64,000 nucleotides of DNA. Source: Tubulanus polymorphus. Lineage: Eukaryota > Animalia > Nemertea. The stretch's first letter is position 1. Each line of letters begins with the position of its first letter. Below the pieces are notes generated by a model. That model made no database searches. It saw only the letters and a program-made list of their open reading frames with translations, and had not been told where the DNA came from. Below are positions 1-18,700 of this stretch, piece by piece. The stretch spans positions 9,447,950 to 9,511,949 of the forward strand of contig NC_134026.1 of the NCBI RefSeq assembly GCF_964204645.1. Direction: 5' to 3'. A program made the position numbers and the translations under genes.

Positions 1-144
1 ATTCTTCCGGTATCCTAGTATTCAAGGTTATTAGGCACTAACCCTCGCATAGGATTTCGATGAGAATGGAAATTATACTGTGGTTACAAATAGGCTATGA
101 TGTTTATGGTAGTGATCATAATAAATGTTTTCTCTTTATTCTAG

Positions 145-330
145 TTGATTTGTCCTCCAATGCAGAAGTCACAATATCCGATGTTCATATTCGTCGACGG
201 TCACAACGAGCACACTGGATTAGATCATATCTGTCAGGAGGAGGAACGTTATCTGCGCATTCAACACCGAGACAGCGATGGCAAAATGAGAAAACAATCA
301 GTTTCTTCGGAAGATTTCGTATTTCTATGA
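145..330 (+). CDS. ATG4D: Terminal coding exon of cysteine protease ATG4 (ATG4C/D subfamily); rest of gene lies upstream of the window
   Basis: Acceptor tttattctag at 135-144, then LICPPMQKSQYPMFIFVDGHNEHTGLDHICQ...SSEDFVFL*. The YPMF..GH....LD..C segment and the C-terminal LIR-like SSEDFVFL match my recollection of the ATG4C/ATG4D C-terminus. Confidence 0.8.
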   Translation: MICPPMQKSQYPMFIFVDGHNEHTGLDHICQEEERYLRIQHRDSDGKMRKQSVSSEDFVFL

Positions 331-1663
331 GATCGAATGGCGATGAAATTAGAGAATACTGCGAACATAAGATACGGTAAACTATGGATATGTCATCACA
401 TAATAGAGGTGTAACTGATTCATCATATAAATATCAAACAGACCGTGGTGGCCAGACTATGTTACAACTATCTAAGTACTTCAGGCGCTACTGTTCTATT
501 AGTTGAGTCCTCTTTGAAACCAGTAAATTCTTCAACAGTATGCATCACTATTGGCTTAAGTACTGAAAATTCATTCATCCCATCTTTACTGAATAATGCA
601 CACCTCTGCAAAATCTCTAGTAGCTGAACTCTTTTTCAACAACTTTTACTATTGCACGAGAATAAAATCTTGATTGCCTAGGTATAAATTTTGTGTACTT
701 TTTTTAAATACCATACCTAAAGCTAAAATATCATCATGCTGACATGTAAATTTATTGCTGACAGTTATACAAGTGTTCATTATGACTGTCTTCTAATGAT
801 ATATCTACTGAGTTTTCTAGTGTCTGCCACTGAAATGCTGTTATTTTACGCTTCACTATTCAAAGCAATTTTCTTTTATAATGTGCACATTTATATCGCA
901 TAACTCTGTCCGGTTAGGTTGGAAATATGCTGTGTATAATGTACCAATCAGTCATTTGTGGGAACAAATTTCTAGCTGGTATATTGTTGCATTTACCCTC
1001 TGCGTCCAAAACCTGGTCATCTCGGAACAATTGCTTAAACATCCCAGCAGGATCCTAAAACGTAGACAGTCTGATGGATAAGGTCCTGCACCGGGAATCT
1101 AACAGCAGATCTTGGCTTTACCGTCCCCTCCCTGAATACTGGTAGTCTTTAGACACATGATCGTATCGTGTTTAACCTAATATAACTCTGATCATGGATG
1201 GATGTATCATATATTATCCAGTTTGAGAGTGGTGGGTTATATCCGTAGTTTACTGTATAACATTTTAGTTTGATAATTAAGTACATGTATATTTCATGAA
1301 CACTTGAATTAGTATGTGGTAGAAATGTATCGATCGGTTTGTACATGTAATTGTTGTGTATTTTATATTTAATTTTCGTTGCTGAAATTTATAATAAATT
1401 GTTGGTATAAATTAATTTAGGTTCATAATAGACCTGTAATTTTGTTTTTCATTTCTGGGTTATTTGGAGTGGATGAGGAAAACAAACAACTCTTTTAATT
1501 GTTTTATCTCCAGATTTCAGAACAAATGCATTGCTATTCCTTTCCTTACTAAAAAAGTTACATCAAATATTCAATCATGGCAATTGATTACTCGAACGAT
1601 ATCTGCATAAATGGGCTTTATTGTCCAAATAAATGACTGACCAACTCACACAAGAACTGTTCA

Positions 1664-1667
<4 letters not shown>

Positions 1668-1757
<90 letters not shown>
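1668..1757. repeat. (TA)n microsatellite
   Basis: About 45 uninterrupted TA units. Confidence 0.98.
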
Positions 1758-1762
<5 letters not shown>

Positions 1763-4538
1763 GATTTCACTTGAGCAAATTACATGTACATCATACAAAT
1801 CAATTGAAACTTGTCTATTTAAAAAATGTAGAGTATCAACACTGATTATGTAAATATTAAGAAAGCAATATAAGCATATAAATCGAGAGACGTTATTCAA
1901 TGAACACAATCAACAACAAAGCACCAATCAAGTTAACTACCGGGTATATGAAATGATCTGGAAAATTTACCACCGATTAAAAGATTAAAACAGCATCCAA
2001 TAAGTGAGTCATCTTAAAAAGTGTGGTTTTCAAAGATAGTGGCAATCTTGGACACATAACTGAGCACCTTACATAATTATCAAGAACCAAAATCATTCTT
2101 AAGTACAGCACAGCTAATTCACATACCAGTACAAGGTACTAAAACATTTGAAACCTAATTTAGGTTTAAATAATTATCTCCAAAATGGTCAGTAAACCAA
2201 TTTGAAAACGATATAGAATAATCAAAAGAAATAACTAGGACAGATTTTATTTGAACATTCAAATACCAGTACCACTAATTCATCTATGAGTAGTAAAGTA
2301 AGTAAAGTCTCTAAAATTACTTCAGATATCCAATATATATGTAAGAAATATAATCAAAAATGCATATATCTGTATATCTTATAACAACAATATACCGATT
2401 TTCAAAGGCACCTATTCTAAATTTCTACTGATAATAAGTTAATACTGATACTTTTACAATTTATGATTTCAGTAAAATATAGACATCTATATCAATTAGT
2501 CATAAAAAGCATTTAGTCAAAGGCGACATGAAAAAGCACAGGCATATAGCAATAATTATAATGCAATGCATATTAGAATTCTGATCAGTTTTAAAATTCT
2601 TCATTCAGCAGTACGGTAAATATCATGACATGGTGATCATTTTATTCTCGTCTTAAGTCTAGAAAAGAATTTTCGCTAATTCCAATGACCCTTCATTGTA
2701 CACTGGTTCTCAGAACGCACTAATTCGGTCCAGATTTAGGACCATTGATACTGAAGTTTAATGGCCCTAAAAGATCAGTCATATAGCTGTAAATATGTTT
2801 TAGGGTAGAAGATTTAAAAATATAAATTCAGTTTTAGATTGCAGTTCGAGCCTTCAGTTGTTATTTCTAACACTCTTTAGCTTCAGTCCTGGGACACAAG
2901 ACACTAGGAGAAAACCCTACAAAAAACATCAGAAATTCTGTTGGAAGTGAATATGTTCTATCACTAGGCATACATGCCTGATGATGGCTAATGGCTAATA
3001 GATAATAGCTGAAATATTGCACAACTTATTCACTTCCAACAGAATTTCTTTATTTTTCTGGACTAACTGTGGGACTTACCGATATGTTATTCCCACAGAG
3101 GAGAAAAAATTATAATCATCTAGGAGATAACTCACTATAGTATTATACTTGTAAGTGGCAGCAGAAATAGGAATACGAGTTATCTTTGCAGGTGGAATCA
3201 AACATCTTTATGATTCAAATAGATCTCGCTACACCATTTTCCTGTCAAACAATAAAACCAAAGTCTACTTATTCAGTAGATATGTAATTCATCCATACAC
3301 GTTCATAAATCCAAATGGGTATCTAAGACCACTATTTGTAATACTGTATAATAACATATTCATTCAGACATGTTAAAATCAACATTAAATTGGCAGTAAA
3401 AACAAAAAATAATTGATACGATACAACAGTATTAGATGCATCGAAATATTGGAAGAAAATAGACAATTTCTTAAGTACCGGTACATAACAATTTTCTTTT
3501 TAACTACTACAAATTTCTTATATATAATGAACGGATAATCTAATTATTAAATGCCTTTTTCAATATTGCAACCGCAGTTGGCTCTGTTTTTTCTCAATAG
3601 TGGACATATCATAAACATTTCACTGGCAAATGAGGTGAGAATCAGGGAAGCTGAAAACATTTTCTGAACTTCATCTGACATTCTTATATGTCCAGAGCAT
3701 ACTGTCAACGATAGTTGTTAATAAATATCACAATTTCCATATACCTGTATGTCATGGTTTCTAGGTTCATATACCTGTAATGATAATACAGTAGCTAGCC
3801 AAACTAACTTCACATTCAAGATACAGATGTGCCTATCAATCATTAATACAGTAGAATCCATTATATGAAAAAACCTGCTATGTACAAATTCAAAAATTTA
3901 AATTAAAAGCAAGATTTATCATTATCAAAATAATCAGTGGATTTTTATCATATAATCGATTCTCCACGCCGGAGAGTGACTGGCTATTCTACTAGTACAG
4001 ACAGTGCTTGCCTCGAATCTCACAGGTTGAATTTCGAGGCAGGCTAATCCCGGGGAAGTTAAGGTGAAAATAGGTCATCGGCACATGATTTAACTAAAAA
4101 TCTTTAATACCGTATTTTCTCCGGGGAACGCGATATTCCCAGGCGCATCGAAGCAATTTTTGATTGGCACGGCCCATTGCCGATTTTTGACAGGTTTTAT
4201 TATTGCTGTGGCGAATTTACTTCAATTTCGTCAAAAACATAGTATACAATGAAACAAACATGTCAATCAAGTCGCTACGGTTCCAACGCCACTGAATCCG
4301 AGGGAGGCAATCAGGGCTGTAAAATTCATATTCATATTCATTTTCATAAACTCTATAAAATCAATGAAAACAGCCTAGTAGAATCATAGAGCATTTTGTA
4401 ACACTCCCAAACAACAGTAAGATGTGGAATGATTTACATCAAATAAATCTCTACAACTTATAACGCTACTCCCGTTGTTTGAAGTCATCAATCTCTTTGC
4501 CTTAGTACTTCAATATTCATACTCCATAGCCACTCTAC

Positions 4539-8776
<4,238 letters not shown>

Positions 8777-9786
8777 TTTACAGCTAACAATAAAGAAACT
8801 ACAGATGAAAAATGGAACTGTACATATACATAGAAGTGGGGACATGTAATTTTGGACCTTCAGCAGTAGGCAGGGGGCGTGTGTGTGTGCAACTCCACAA
8901 TCAGCTGATTACATTACCTTGAACTTGAACTTTTTTAACTTCATTATTGCTCGATTAAAATACAAAGACCACGTGCAATAAAATCATCACAAACGTGTTC
9001 ATGATAAATCATCATTATCGCGTAGGCCCTTAAAAATAAGATGAACGCGAAAACCACTACCTGACAGACCCGACCACGACAGGCGTGCTTTATTTTCAAT
9101 ATAATTTAATTGATTTGATTACAAGTGTGGAGCTCCATGCTGCGCTGTGTTGTGGTTTTGTTTTTTCAAGAAAACCCTTTTACAATTTATTTTGACTTTA
9201 GGTATGCTTGTGAACACCTGTTACGTAGATTCAGGTTCTTTTAAAGTTTGAACTCTAGGGTATGCTATAAAATGATGGGCGTGGTATTGAGCGTGATTTT
9301 AGTTTTAACAACAAAATATCGCACTAATAAGTAGGCCTATGTACTGAAATTAACCATTTAAATTCTTGTTTTGTACAGCATTTACATATACTAATATTGA
9401 TAAAAAGTTCATTAATTCTAAGAATTTACTTAAGAATTTATTGCAATGAAAGATTTCATCGCACCGTTCAAATATATTGCAGTCCTATTTCTTATGAATA
9501 AGATTGAAGAAAAATATTGCTTTGAAATGTTCTAGAAAAATCACCAATTGGGGATTTTACCTACTTGGAAAATTTGGGGATTTCTACCCAGGGGATATTT
9601 ACTGCGGATTTTTAGCTACATTTCCATAACCTATTTTATTCGTCAAGTTCTGGAAGTAGTCTAGGTTTTTAGACTTTTGGGTTGGAAACTTTTAACCCTT
9701 GTGCCATTGGAACTTGGGTATGGGTATGTTTGGTTGATTGTTCATCACCTTTTTCTACCAACAACTCAATTCTTTTTCAGTAAACT

Positions 9787-12700
9787 ATGAATTCGAGTCC
9801 GAAAAAGGTAAAAAAGAACGCTAGCGTGCGATTGACTCCGGAAGGTGCATCAACAAAAAAAAAGGAAATAAAAAGATTGAAGAATGACAGCGATGAGAGA
9901 AAAGAAATCAAAGCCAAAAGGAAAAAGTTGAAATTAGAAAACGATCGGGAATCTCCGGTGAAGACGAAAAAAGATGCCGTACGCCAAGATCCGGATGGTG
10001 AAAGCACTACTGAAGATGTGAAACTGAAGGAAAAGAAAAAGAAGAAACCATTGCAAAATCTGAAAGACGCTTCAAAGAAGGTGAAAAGTTTTGCAACTAA
10101 AAAGGCCGTCAAGAGAAAGAATGAAAATGAAGAAGGAACAGAAGGTAGGCCTATAGTATGAAAATCAATGGAAAAATGCTCTCTAGATTCTACTCCTTTG
10201 GGACATGGCCCCAGAACCTGATATTCTATGGATGTGGATATTCACAGTCAAGATCAGCCGGGCGTTATGAATTTTTAGGAATGTAATTTTCAATGGTCTA
10301 CTTCATATATGTATGTCATCTCTATTGTGGAGATAAACCTCATTGCACCAGATGGTCTAAATGAACCTGATTGTTTAGATAGTGGGCATATTATCTCTCA
10401 CTGGGGATGAATACGTCATTTTTCTCGTCATGATCGATCGGTAATGGAAATAAATTTGGAAATCTCTGTATTTGAATGATTCATCATTCTTTGTTGCTAT
10501 ATTTTAGCGAAAAAACCAAAACTGGTTGAAATGAAGAAAAAGGACCGAAGGGAAATTCGTAAGAAATCCGAACAAGATAATTACGACCTGTCGAAACGTA
10601 TCAAGAAAATCTGGGAACAGATTCGAAAGTAAGTGTTATGCAACCTCCAGTGAAAATCCAGTCATATTTTGCCTCAGACAAAATTGTTATCCAGTGATAT
10701 TTTGTCTTCGTTCATAGGCGTTGGATAGAACCCCATTCACCCATTGCAGGTAATTTACGCAACATTGGCTGACGTTCATTTTTCGCCTTTATTTCAGACA
10801 TGATATATCGAAAGCCCAACAAGAAAAACTTTGTACCGAACTCTATAACTTATGCAAAGGAAAGATAAAGGAGGTATGTATTTGGATTTATTTGTTCAAA
10901 TTCTGATCTACTAGTTATATCCAATTTTTCATGAATGTAAAGTATGGTGCAACATACCAGGGTTTTTCACGTATCAATGTGGAGGTTGACCATATATGAT
11001 GCCTGGTTCGTATAGGAATCCAGATTGAGGTGATCTGGACGTATCGGCCCCCACTCCGCGTGGTTGTGCCACCGCGCGGGATTTACGCGAAGCAGCAGAA
11101 CACAAACATGGCCACTCTCTCAATTTTCAATGATAGAAATCGTGTGTGCATTTCAATTATTTCGGCTGTTAGGGTTTTAAGGCACAATATAAGTTGATGA
11201 TGTGATATGGCGATGTTAATTAATGATAATTCCGCAGTGAAGCTAGTCATGAACGGTGCCGATTGAGTGTACAGCTGCCAAAAACACTGAAATGTGCGTA
11301 GTTGCGTTACTATTTGCATTGAATTGGAGACGAAACATGAAGCCTTAATGGCCGTTTAAAAAAAAATTATACCAATCGCAATTGTAAAATAAAAATGAGA
11401 TAGAACCTAAGGTAAAATTCTGGCCATTTCTAAAATGTTATTACTAATTTTTAGTCAGTGCGGAACGTTTAGTTTTCCAACAATAATGAGGGGTGGTAGG
11501 TAGTCATGCAATTCAAGTCATCATTTATTACACGTTACTTCCGTGTTGTTGAAAATCTCGCGGGTCCTGGACCAAACCCCAATGAACAATGTGATCTGTG
11601 TGATCTGGCCACAAATGCACACAGATCACACTACACTACCCATTACACACTCCAGTACCCACAGCTTTCATATATCCATCCAAATATTGAGTGTCTTTCT
11701 TCCTGGATTGAGCAGGTTTGACTGTGGTTTCAATACGAATGAATATTGTTTTCAGATCATATTTGCTCACGATACAACAAGGGTCATTCAGGATCTTTTC
11801 AAATATGGTACAACTGAACATAAGGCACTGGTATTCGAAGAAATCAAAGGTATTTATACAGATATTCACTTGCACCTATAATTGGTCAACTGCTATGGTC
11901 CATCTATCTTGAGATACAGCCAGTTTTGTAAGTTTTCCTTCGACTGAGTTCTCTTCATAAATGGTAATAATCAATTGTGTAGCTTGCTGTTATTAGCTGG
12001 CTGTCATTGCACATTAATTGTAGGCCTCTATCGATAGACATCATGCTGAAAATGCACTAAAAACAGCATCCTCCCTGGCTGGGAGTTGAACCTGATAGCA
12101 TTGCTAGACTGTCATGCCACGAAACCCTCTGTAATCAGGCATGGATTTTTACTTTGGAAGAGTCTGCGTGCCCAGTCGAGGTGCACTGGTGTGTGAAAGC
12201 ATTGCCTAGAGGAATGAAAGGTTTTTGCTCGTTTAAATGTATTGTCCATCAATTTTTTTATGTAGATCATTTTCTGGAGATGGTAAAAAGTAAATACGCC
12301 AAATTTTGTGTGCGCAAAATCATGAAATACGGGTAAGATGAATACCAATACAGATATCATATCCATTTTCATGTGTGTGTGTGTGTCTGATCATCCATAC
12401 AGATTTCATATCCAATTATATGTATGTGTTTCGGCTTGTCATGCAATAGATCAAAAATTATCGTCTACTATTTCAGAAATAAGGAACAGAAGAACCATGT
12501 ATTCAAAGCATTCCATGGAAATATTAGAAAGTTGATTCGCCATTCTGTAAGTAGGAAACAATACATATACATGTAGTACTAGGATGATTAAAGACTCAGT
12601 TGATAACTTAGGATTTAGTGCGGATTTACAATTGAATAATTAAATAACTGTAAGTTGAAATGATTACTCAGAGTAACTGTAGGCCTTTATAGCACTTGAA

Positions 12701-15700
12701 TCCTGTTTGATATACTGTATTTCAAATGCACTCAATTACCCCACTGTTATCTATGAAGAGATGCTGAGCTACCGTATATAGGGGCATTATGGACTCGTCC
12801 ATCTAGTGAGTTACTCAGTTCCACCTTTGGTAGATGAGTCGATAAACTGTTTTGCCCAGGCACACAAGGTACTACGTATGCTGCAGGGTTCAAAATGAGT
12901 CATTCAGCAGTTGAGCACTTCAACCACATGCCCTCACTGTAAAATAGGATTTGAAGTTCTATGAAAAGAAAATACGTTCTTGGACAAGCAATTTACACGC
13001 TTGAATCAGCAGCGAGGTGGTTAATGTAGTCTATAGTATTGCTTAATATTTCATTTTAGGAAGCATCGGATATCATTGAATTCTGTTATAACCAATACGC
13101 AAATGCACAGCAGAGATCATCAATGGTTGAAGAATTTTATGGACCCAGTTTCGCGCTTTTTAAGGTACAGCATAAACAGCTTGTTTTAGTTCCCTCAGAT
13201 TTACAAGATATATGTTTGATTGAGTTGCAATCAATATCCATCGATCGTATTTGGATAACGGTAGAACAATGTTTTTGTTTCTTAGACATCTGAGGTCCGC
13301 ACATTAGAAAAACTTATGGATGCTGAACCACTCAAGAAAGATTCCATACTTGGTAATATGAAAGCAACTCTGGAACCATGCATTGATAAGTAAGTTAATC
13401 CTGCATATTGAAACAGATACCGTGCCATATGATCATTACATATAAACTTTATGAATGCCTTACATGTCATGTGACTACTCATCCTACAGTTCATTGTACA
13501 TTTATATTGATTACTGCAAAGTTACTGAGGTCAATCTGATGTTGGTACCCTATGCAAAATGTAAAAATTTAATTGAAGTTACCCTGATTTGTGACCGTAT
13601 TCAATAATTTTCTGCTTTCAATGTCTTTCATTTGTAAGATTTTATTGACAAAACACCACATATGATTTTGTTTGCAGAAATATAGTCAGCCAAACGCTAG
13701 TACACCGCGTGTTTCTAGAATTCTTCACGTATTGCTATCCGAAACAGAGAACGGTAAGTTTAGTAGATCAATAACCAGGGTTGAACTGGGACCCTTTTCT
13801 AAAATCCAAGTAACCTCTGCAATTGTGGGGTTATTTTAGGGGACTTTTGATCGATAAACATACCACATAAATGAAAAGATCATCTGCTGATGTGAACTAA
13901 AGTCAGAGATGCTAGTTTTCCGGAAATTTCCGGAAATTTAGGATCGCCGATGTCAATTCCGGAAATTGGGTGAGAATTCCTCGCGGCGACCAGTAATGGC
14001 ACGCACGGTAAAAGCGTTCGTTTGCTTGTACTCATCGTCGCTTCTGTGTTATTTTATCTTGGTCTCTGTTTCCGGGGACGTTCTGCTACAATGTATATAT
14101 GTGTGCTTGTTGTGGTATCTGTGCGTGCGTAGGCGGAGCGCCACTGTTGTGGCGCCATTTCCAATTAAAAGTCAATTATCTTTACGCGCCGTTGTACATC
14201 GTCCTGCTGATGGCCAACAATGTGAAGATGCACGTGGTAATGATGATATCTAATAAATATCATCTTAATTATTACCACGTGCGTGCTATGTCCTGAGGCA
14301 CGCAGCTTTGTAACTTTCTTTTTGCCTGCAGCTGTCAAGCGGGACGGTCTGCAAAATGAGCACGCACGGAAAGATTGTCAGTCGGGAGTCGGCCAATATA
14401 AGGGCAATTGACAGCGGTATAAAATATAAATTTAACTGGCACTGGCTAGAGTGTAAGGTCAGTAATGGGGACTACTTATCAAACTACATTCGTAAGTTAG
14501 ACTTAGCTGGCGTGGCGTACTGCATCGTTTGTAAAGACCAGGTCAAATACGGTAGTTGCGGGAAAAAAGATATTCTTCGCCACCCGGATAGCGCGCGGCA
14601 TAAGCAGCGAGGGATGTGAAGCACAACGAATGCATGCCGTCGTATTTTCAGATACCCAGATCGCTCTAGAACGCATTTCCGGCGATGCAAAAACACAAAA
14701 AGACTCCCGTTCTAAATTCCGGAATTTTGGTACTTTGGTCCTAGCATCTCTGTAAAGTTGATGTTTGCCAATGAGTTTTTGGTATACTCCAATTCTCTAT
14801 GTAAAATATATTCAGCTGGATTCAAATCTATCACTGCTTCTACCCAAAGCGCAGGAGAACCTGTATTTCCAAATGAGAAATTTACCCCAAAATGATAAGA
14901 AAAATTCCATGTTTGTATACACGCTAAATATTGCTAGATCCAACCTTGTATTGCCCTTACTTAGATATTTACTACTTGTCACTTCTAGACTATGATCGAA
15001 GCATTACGTGAAAGTCTTGTCCATATGTTACACACTCGAGATGGTGCTATGGTAGCAATGACTTGCTTGTGGTACGGCACGAAGAAAGACCGAAAGCTGA
15101 TCATCAAGTCGTTGAAAACACACGTAGTTAAAATTTGTAAAGAGGAATACGGCCATCTGTTATTGCTGGCTATTTTTGACGTTGTCGATGACACCGTTCT
15201 TATTAAGAAAGCCATTCTTGACGTAAGTTCGAATTCATTGCCGTCGTATACCTACATTTCAGAGAAATATTTTTGAAATGATATATGAAGGTTAATGCAA
15301 GCACCATTTACTGAATGTGAAAGAAAATCAGAAGAAGAAGAAGACAGTAACTGTATATTAATATATTCCATGGGGGAGTCACATCCAGGGTACTACAGTC
15401 AACTCCCGGTTATCCAACCTCCATTTATCCTTCACTCCCAGCTACTGCCAAGTAGAAGCTTAGTCCTGTATTAGTTAATGCTTTCAGATTCCATTTCTCG
15501 CCAAATTTTATATCCACCATCCGCCACATGATCTGAACAAACTTTATGATGATAGTTTCGTTTGATTATCCCCCCATCAAAAATATTTAACTTATTGATA
15601 ACAGATTTACTTATTGGCAACAGTTGGTCTACGTTTATTTCACTGATAGTGCTGTTTGTAAATAACATCCAGATGTTGTCCTCTAACTCGCCCCCATGTG

Positions 15701-18700
15701 AACATCTATGTTAGACTGCTGGGACTACCAGTATAAATCTCTCGTCAGAGAACAACTGATGAATATTTTAGATGATAGAACAAACTTCTCACTACTTTTT
15801 ATGAAAGGCAAAGCTCAACAAAACAGTTAGAAAACAGCTTTATGAAATGAATACTTTATGAGTTCCGATTTCTTCAAGAAAATTAAAATTTCTTACATTC
15901 ACTTATCTGCCACCCTCGATTATCGGCCAGAATTGCGGAGGTCCCAATAGTGGCAGATCACTGGGAGTTGACTGTACTAGTGCTCGGGAATAATTTATTT
16001 TTCTAAGTACCCAATTCATTCTGGCAGGAAGGACACTAAAGTACTGCCGCTCGCTCCATCCGGTGAATGAATGTTTTGATGAAAATGATGGTGTTCAAAA
16101 TGATTGAATAAATGTTATTTAAAAGGCTTAGGTGCTGATACTGGAAACACAAGTGTGCTTATCTTATGTAGTCTTTCTGTGGATCATGGGGTTTATCAAT
16201 CTTATGATTTCCAGGAAATGTTGAAGGCTGTGTCGGAAGTTGCATTTGATCAATACGGACGAAAAGTTCTGTGTTACCTGCTAAACTCAAGAGATCCCTT
16301 GCATTTTCACCCAGATATAATCAAGTGTCTGGCAAAAGGGGATAATAATGAAACTAGGTATGCATATCAATCAATTCCTGTGATCTGTTATTGATTTCTT
16401 GGCATTTATTTGAATACATTTTATGTTCGAATTTATTCTCAGCAAAAAGGATCCAACCGCCAGAAAAAGTGAACTTCTAGCTGCAGTGTCGCCAGCTTTG
16501 ATACAATTCGTAGCTGACAACGTGAAAAATATTGTGATGAATAATTCAAGTATTCTTTTGTTGATGTCCATCTTAACGCATGCTACTGGTGAGTTAGTTT
16601 TAAAAGGGCCACTATTAGATACAGTGAAATTATTGTCAAACCCTGTAAGGGTTCCTCATTAGACTTAAGCTGATAGGTAATGAGGCAGCGGTTACCTCAT
16701 ACATAATAACTGAAATAAGATTTACCAGTATTAGGCCAAATAAAAAAAATTAGTTGTTTATCGTCCTTTTTTTTTCAAAAAGCTTGGGTAGGGCGGGAGG
16801 TTTTTTTTTTATTTTATATTTTAGATCACGGCATGCGACTGGAAGTGTGGCGCCACTAGCTATACAAATACAATTCAATTCATAGAACTTTATTAACTTA
16901 GATTTTAAAATCAATCTAAATACGCTCCACAACCGGAAATCCACGCTGTGTGCGCTCCATAACCGAATATTGACTTCAATTTGTTATTCAGTGAACGCAC
17001 TTCATCGATCGATAAATCGTTTTCTTTGCTGCTATACTGTCCTACAACCGACATGAAACGGTAGCTATGGCAAATATTTTCGATTGGAACCAAAATAGAA
17101 CACAATAAAAAAAAAAAATTGGGTCAGGTATTTTTCGTAGGGTCGGGCGGGGACGATAAACAACAAATTTTTTTTATTTGGCCTAAGCGTAATAATGATC
17201 TGGAGCCAGTTGCTCAAATATTGGTTACAGCTAACCAGTGGATAGTTGACATGGTGCAATTAAAAGCCCATTGTGGCTAAAGTATTTATCCACAGGTTAT
17301 CTTTAACCAACCTTTGAGTAACTGGTCCCAGATTTTTTGATCGGCTGAACTTGTTGCAACTAGACGTATCGGCGCCACTCCGCGCGGTTGCGCCACCGCG
17401 CGGGATTTACGCGAAGCAGCAAACACAAACATGGCCACTCTCTCAATTTTCAATGATAGAAATCGTGTGTACATTTCAATTATTTCGGCTGTTAGGGTTT
17501 TAGGGCACAATATAAGTTGATGATGTGATATGGCGATGTTAATTAATGATAATTCCGCAGTGAAGCTAGTCACGAACGGTGCCGATTGAGTGTACAGCTG
17601 CCAAAAACAATGAAATGTGCGTAGTTGCGTAACTATTTGCAGTGAATTGCAGACGAAACATGAAGCCTTAACGGCCGTTTAAAGAAAAATTATACCAACT
17701 GCAATTGTAAAATAAAAATGAGATAGAACCTAAGTTAAAATTCTGGGCATTTCTAAAATATTATTACTAATTTTTAGTCAGTGCCGAATGTTTAGTCATG
17801 CAATTCAAGTCATCATTTATTACACGTTACTTCCGTGTTGTTGAAAATCTCGCGAGTCCTGGACCAAACCCCATTGAACAATGTGATCTGTGTGCTGGCC
17901 ACAAATGCACACAGATCACACTACACTACCCATTCAAACACCAGTACCCACAGCTTTCATATATCCATCCAAATATTTAGAGTGTCTTTCTTCCTGGATT
18001 CATTAGTGCATATTTTAAACAATTTTGACCCAAAGGAAATGATTTGATTATTCTCGTAACATATTAGATCTATTGTTGGTTATAACGAATATTTTTTCTG
18101 GTCAGCTGAAGGTTTTTGTCAAGCCCATGAAATTGTATGTACATTGGTTCCATCTTTTAGGTGATATGACTGAAACTATGAAAGCATTAGTGCAGTGCGT
18201 AGCTGAACCATTCGAAACGAAAGGTACAGAAAGTCACCATATCATCGAACATCCTGCTGGTCATATTACACTGAAGAGGATCATCGCTCACGATAAATCC
18301 AGGAAAGAGGCTAAAAATGAGGGTAATTATTTCTGATATCACCAGCATTTTTGTACTCATGAATCTGGTTTAATCCAGGCGCTGCAATCACGCATTCAAA
18401 TTCCTTTATAACCTTTTCTATAGAGTAGACTCTGTGTACCCCGAAGTCAATTGCTTCATATTATCAGATGCCCTGGACAATATAGGCCTATCACAAATTC
18501 TTTTACTCCAATTATCCTGATAATGATAATGATCCATCCCTGTCCCAAATTTTGTGTACCTCAGAACATTTGCTTGTTCATCGAGATCGGAGGCACAAGG
18601 AGTCTACTGTAAATAAGGTTTAAACTGCAGATCTTTTGAAACCATTACTGATGTAAATTAAGTTTGATACTTTTAAGTCAGATTTTTTGGACTAATTTTG

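Noticed and set aside
60-380. 106-aa ORF in the track
   Set aside because: Overlaps the ATG4 terminal exon in a different frame and starts in intronic sequence; no recognisable motifs.
9777-10112. Phe-rich minus-strand ORF (likewise 42292-42642)
   Set aside because: Antisense shadow of Lys-rich coding sequence.
11083-11721. Recurrent short ORFs at 11083/17286 and 11506/17798/37097
   Set aside because: They are translations of the non-coding Helitron repeat.
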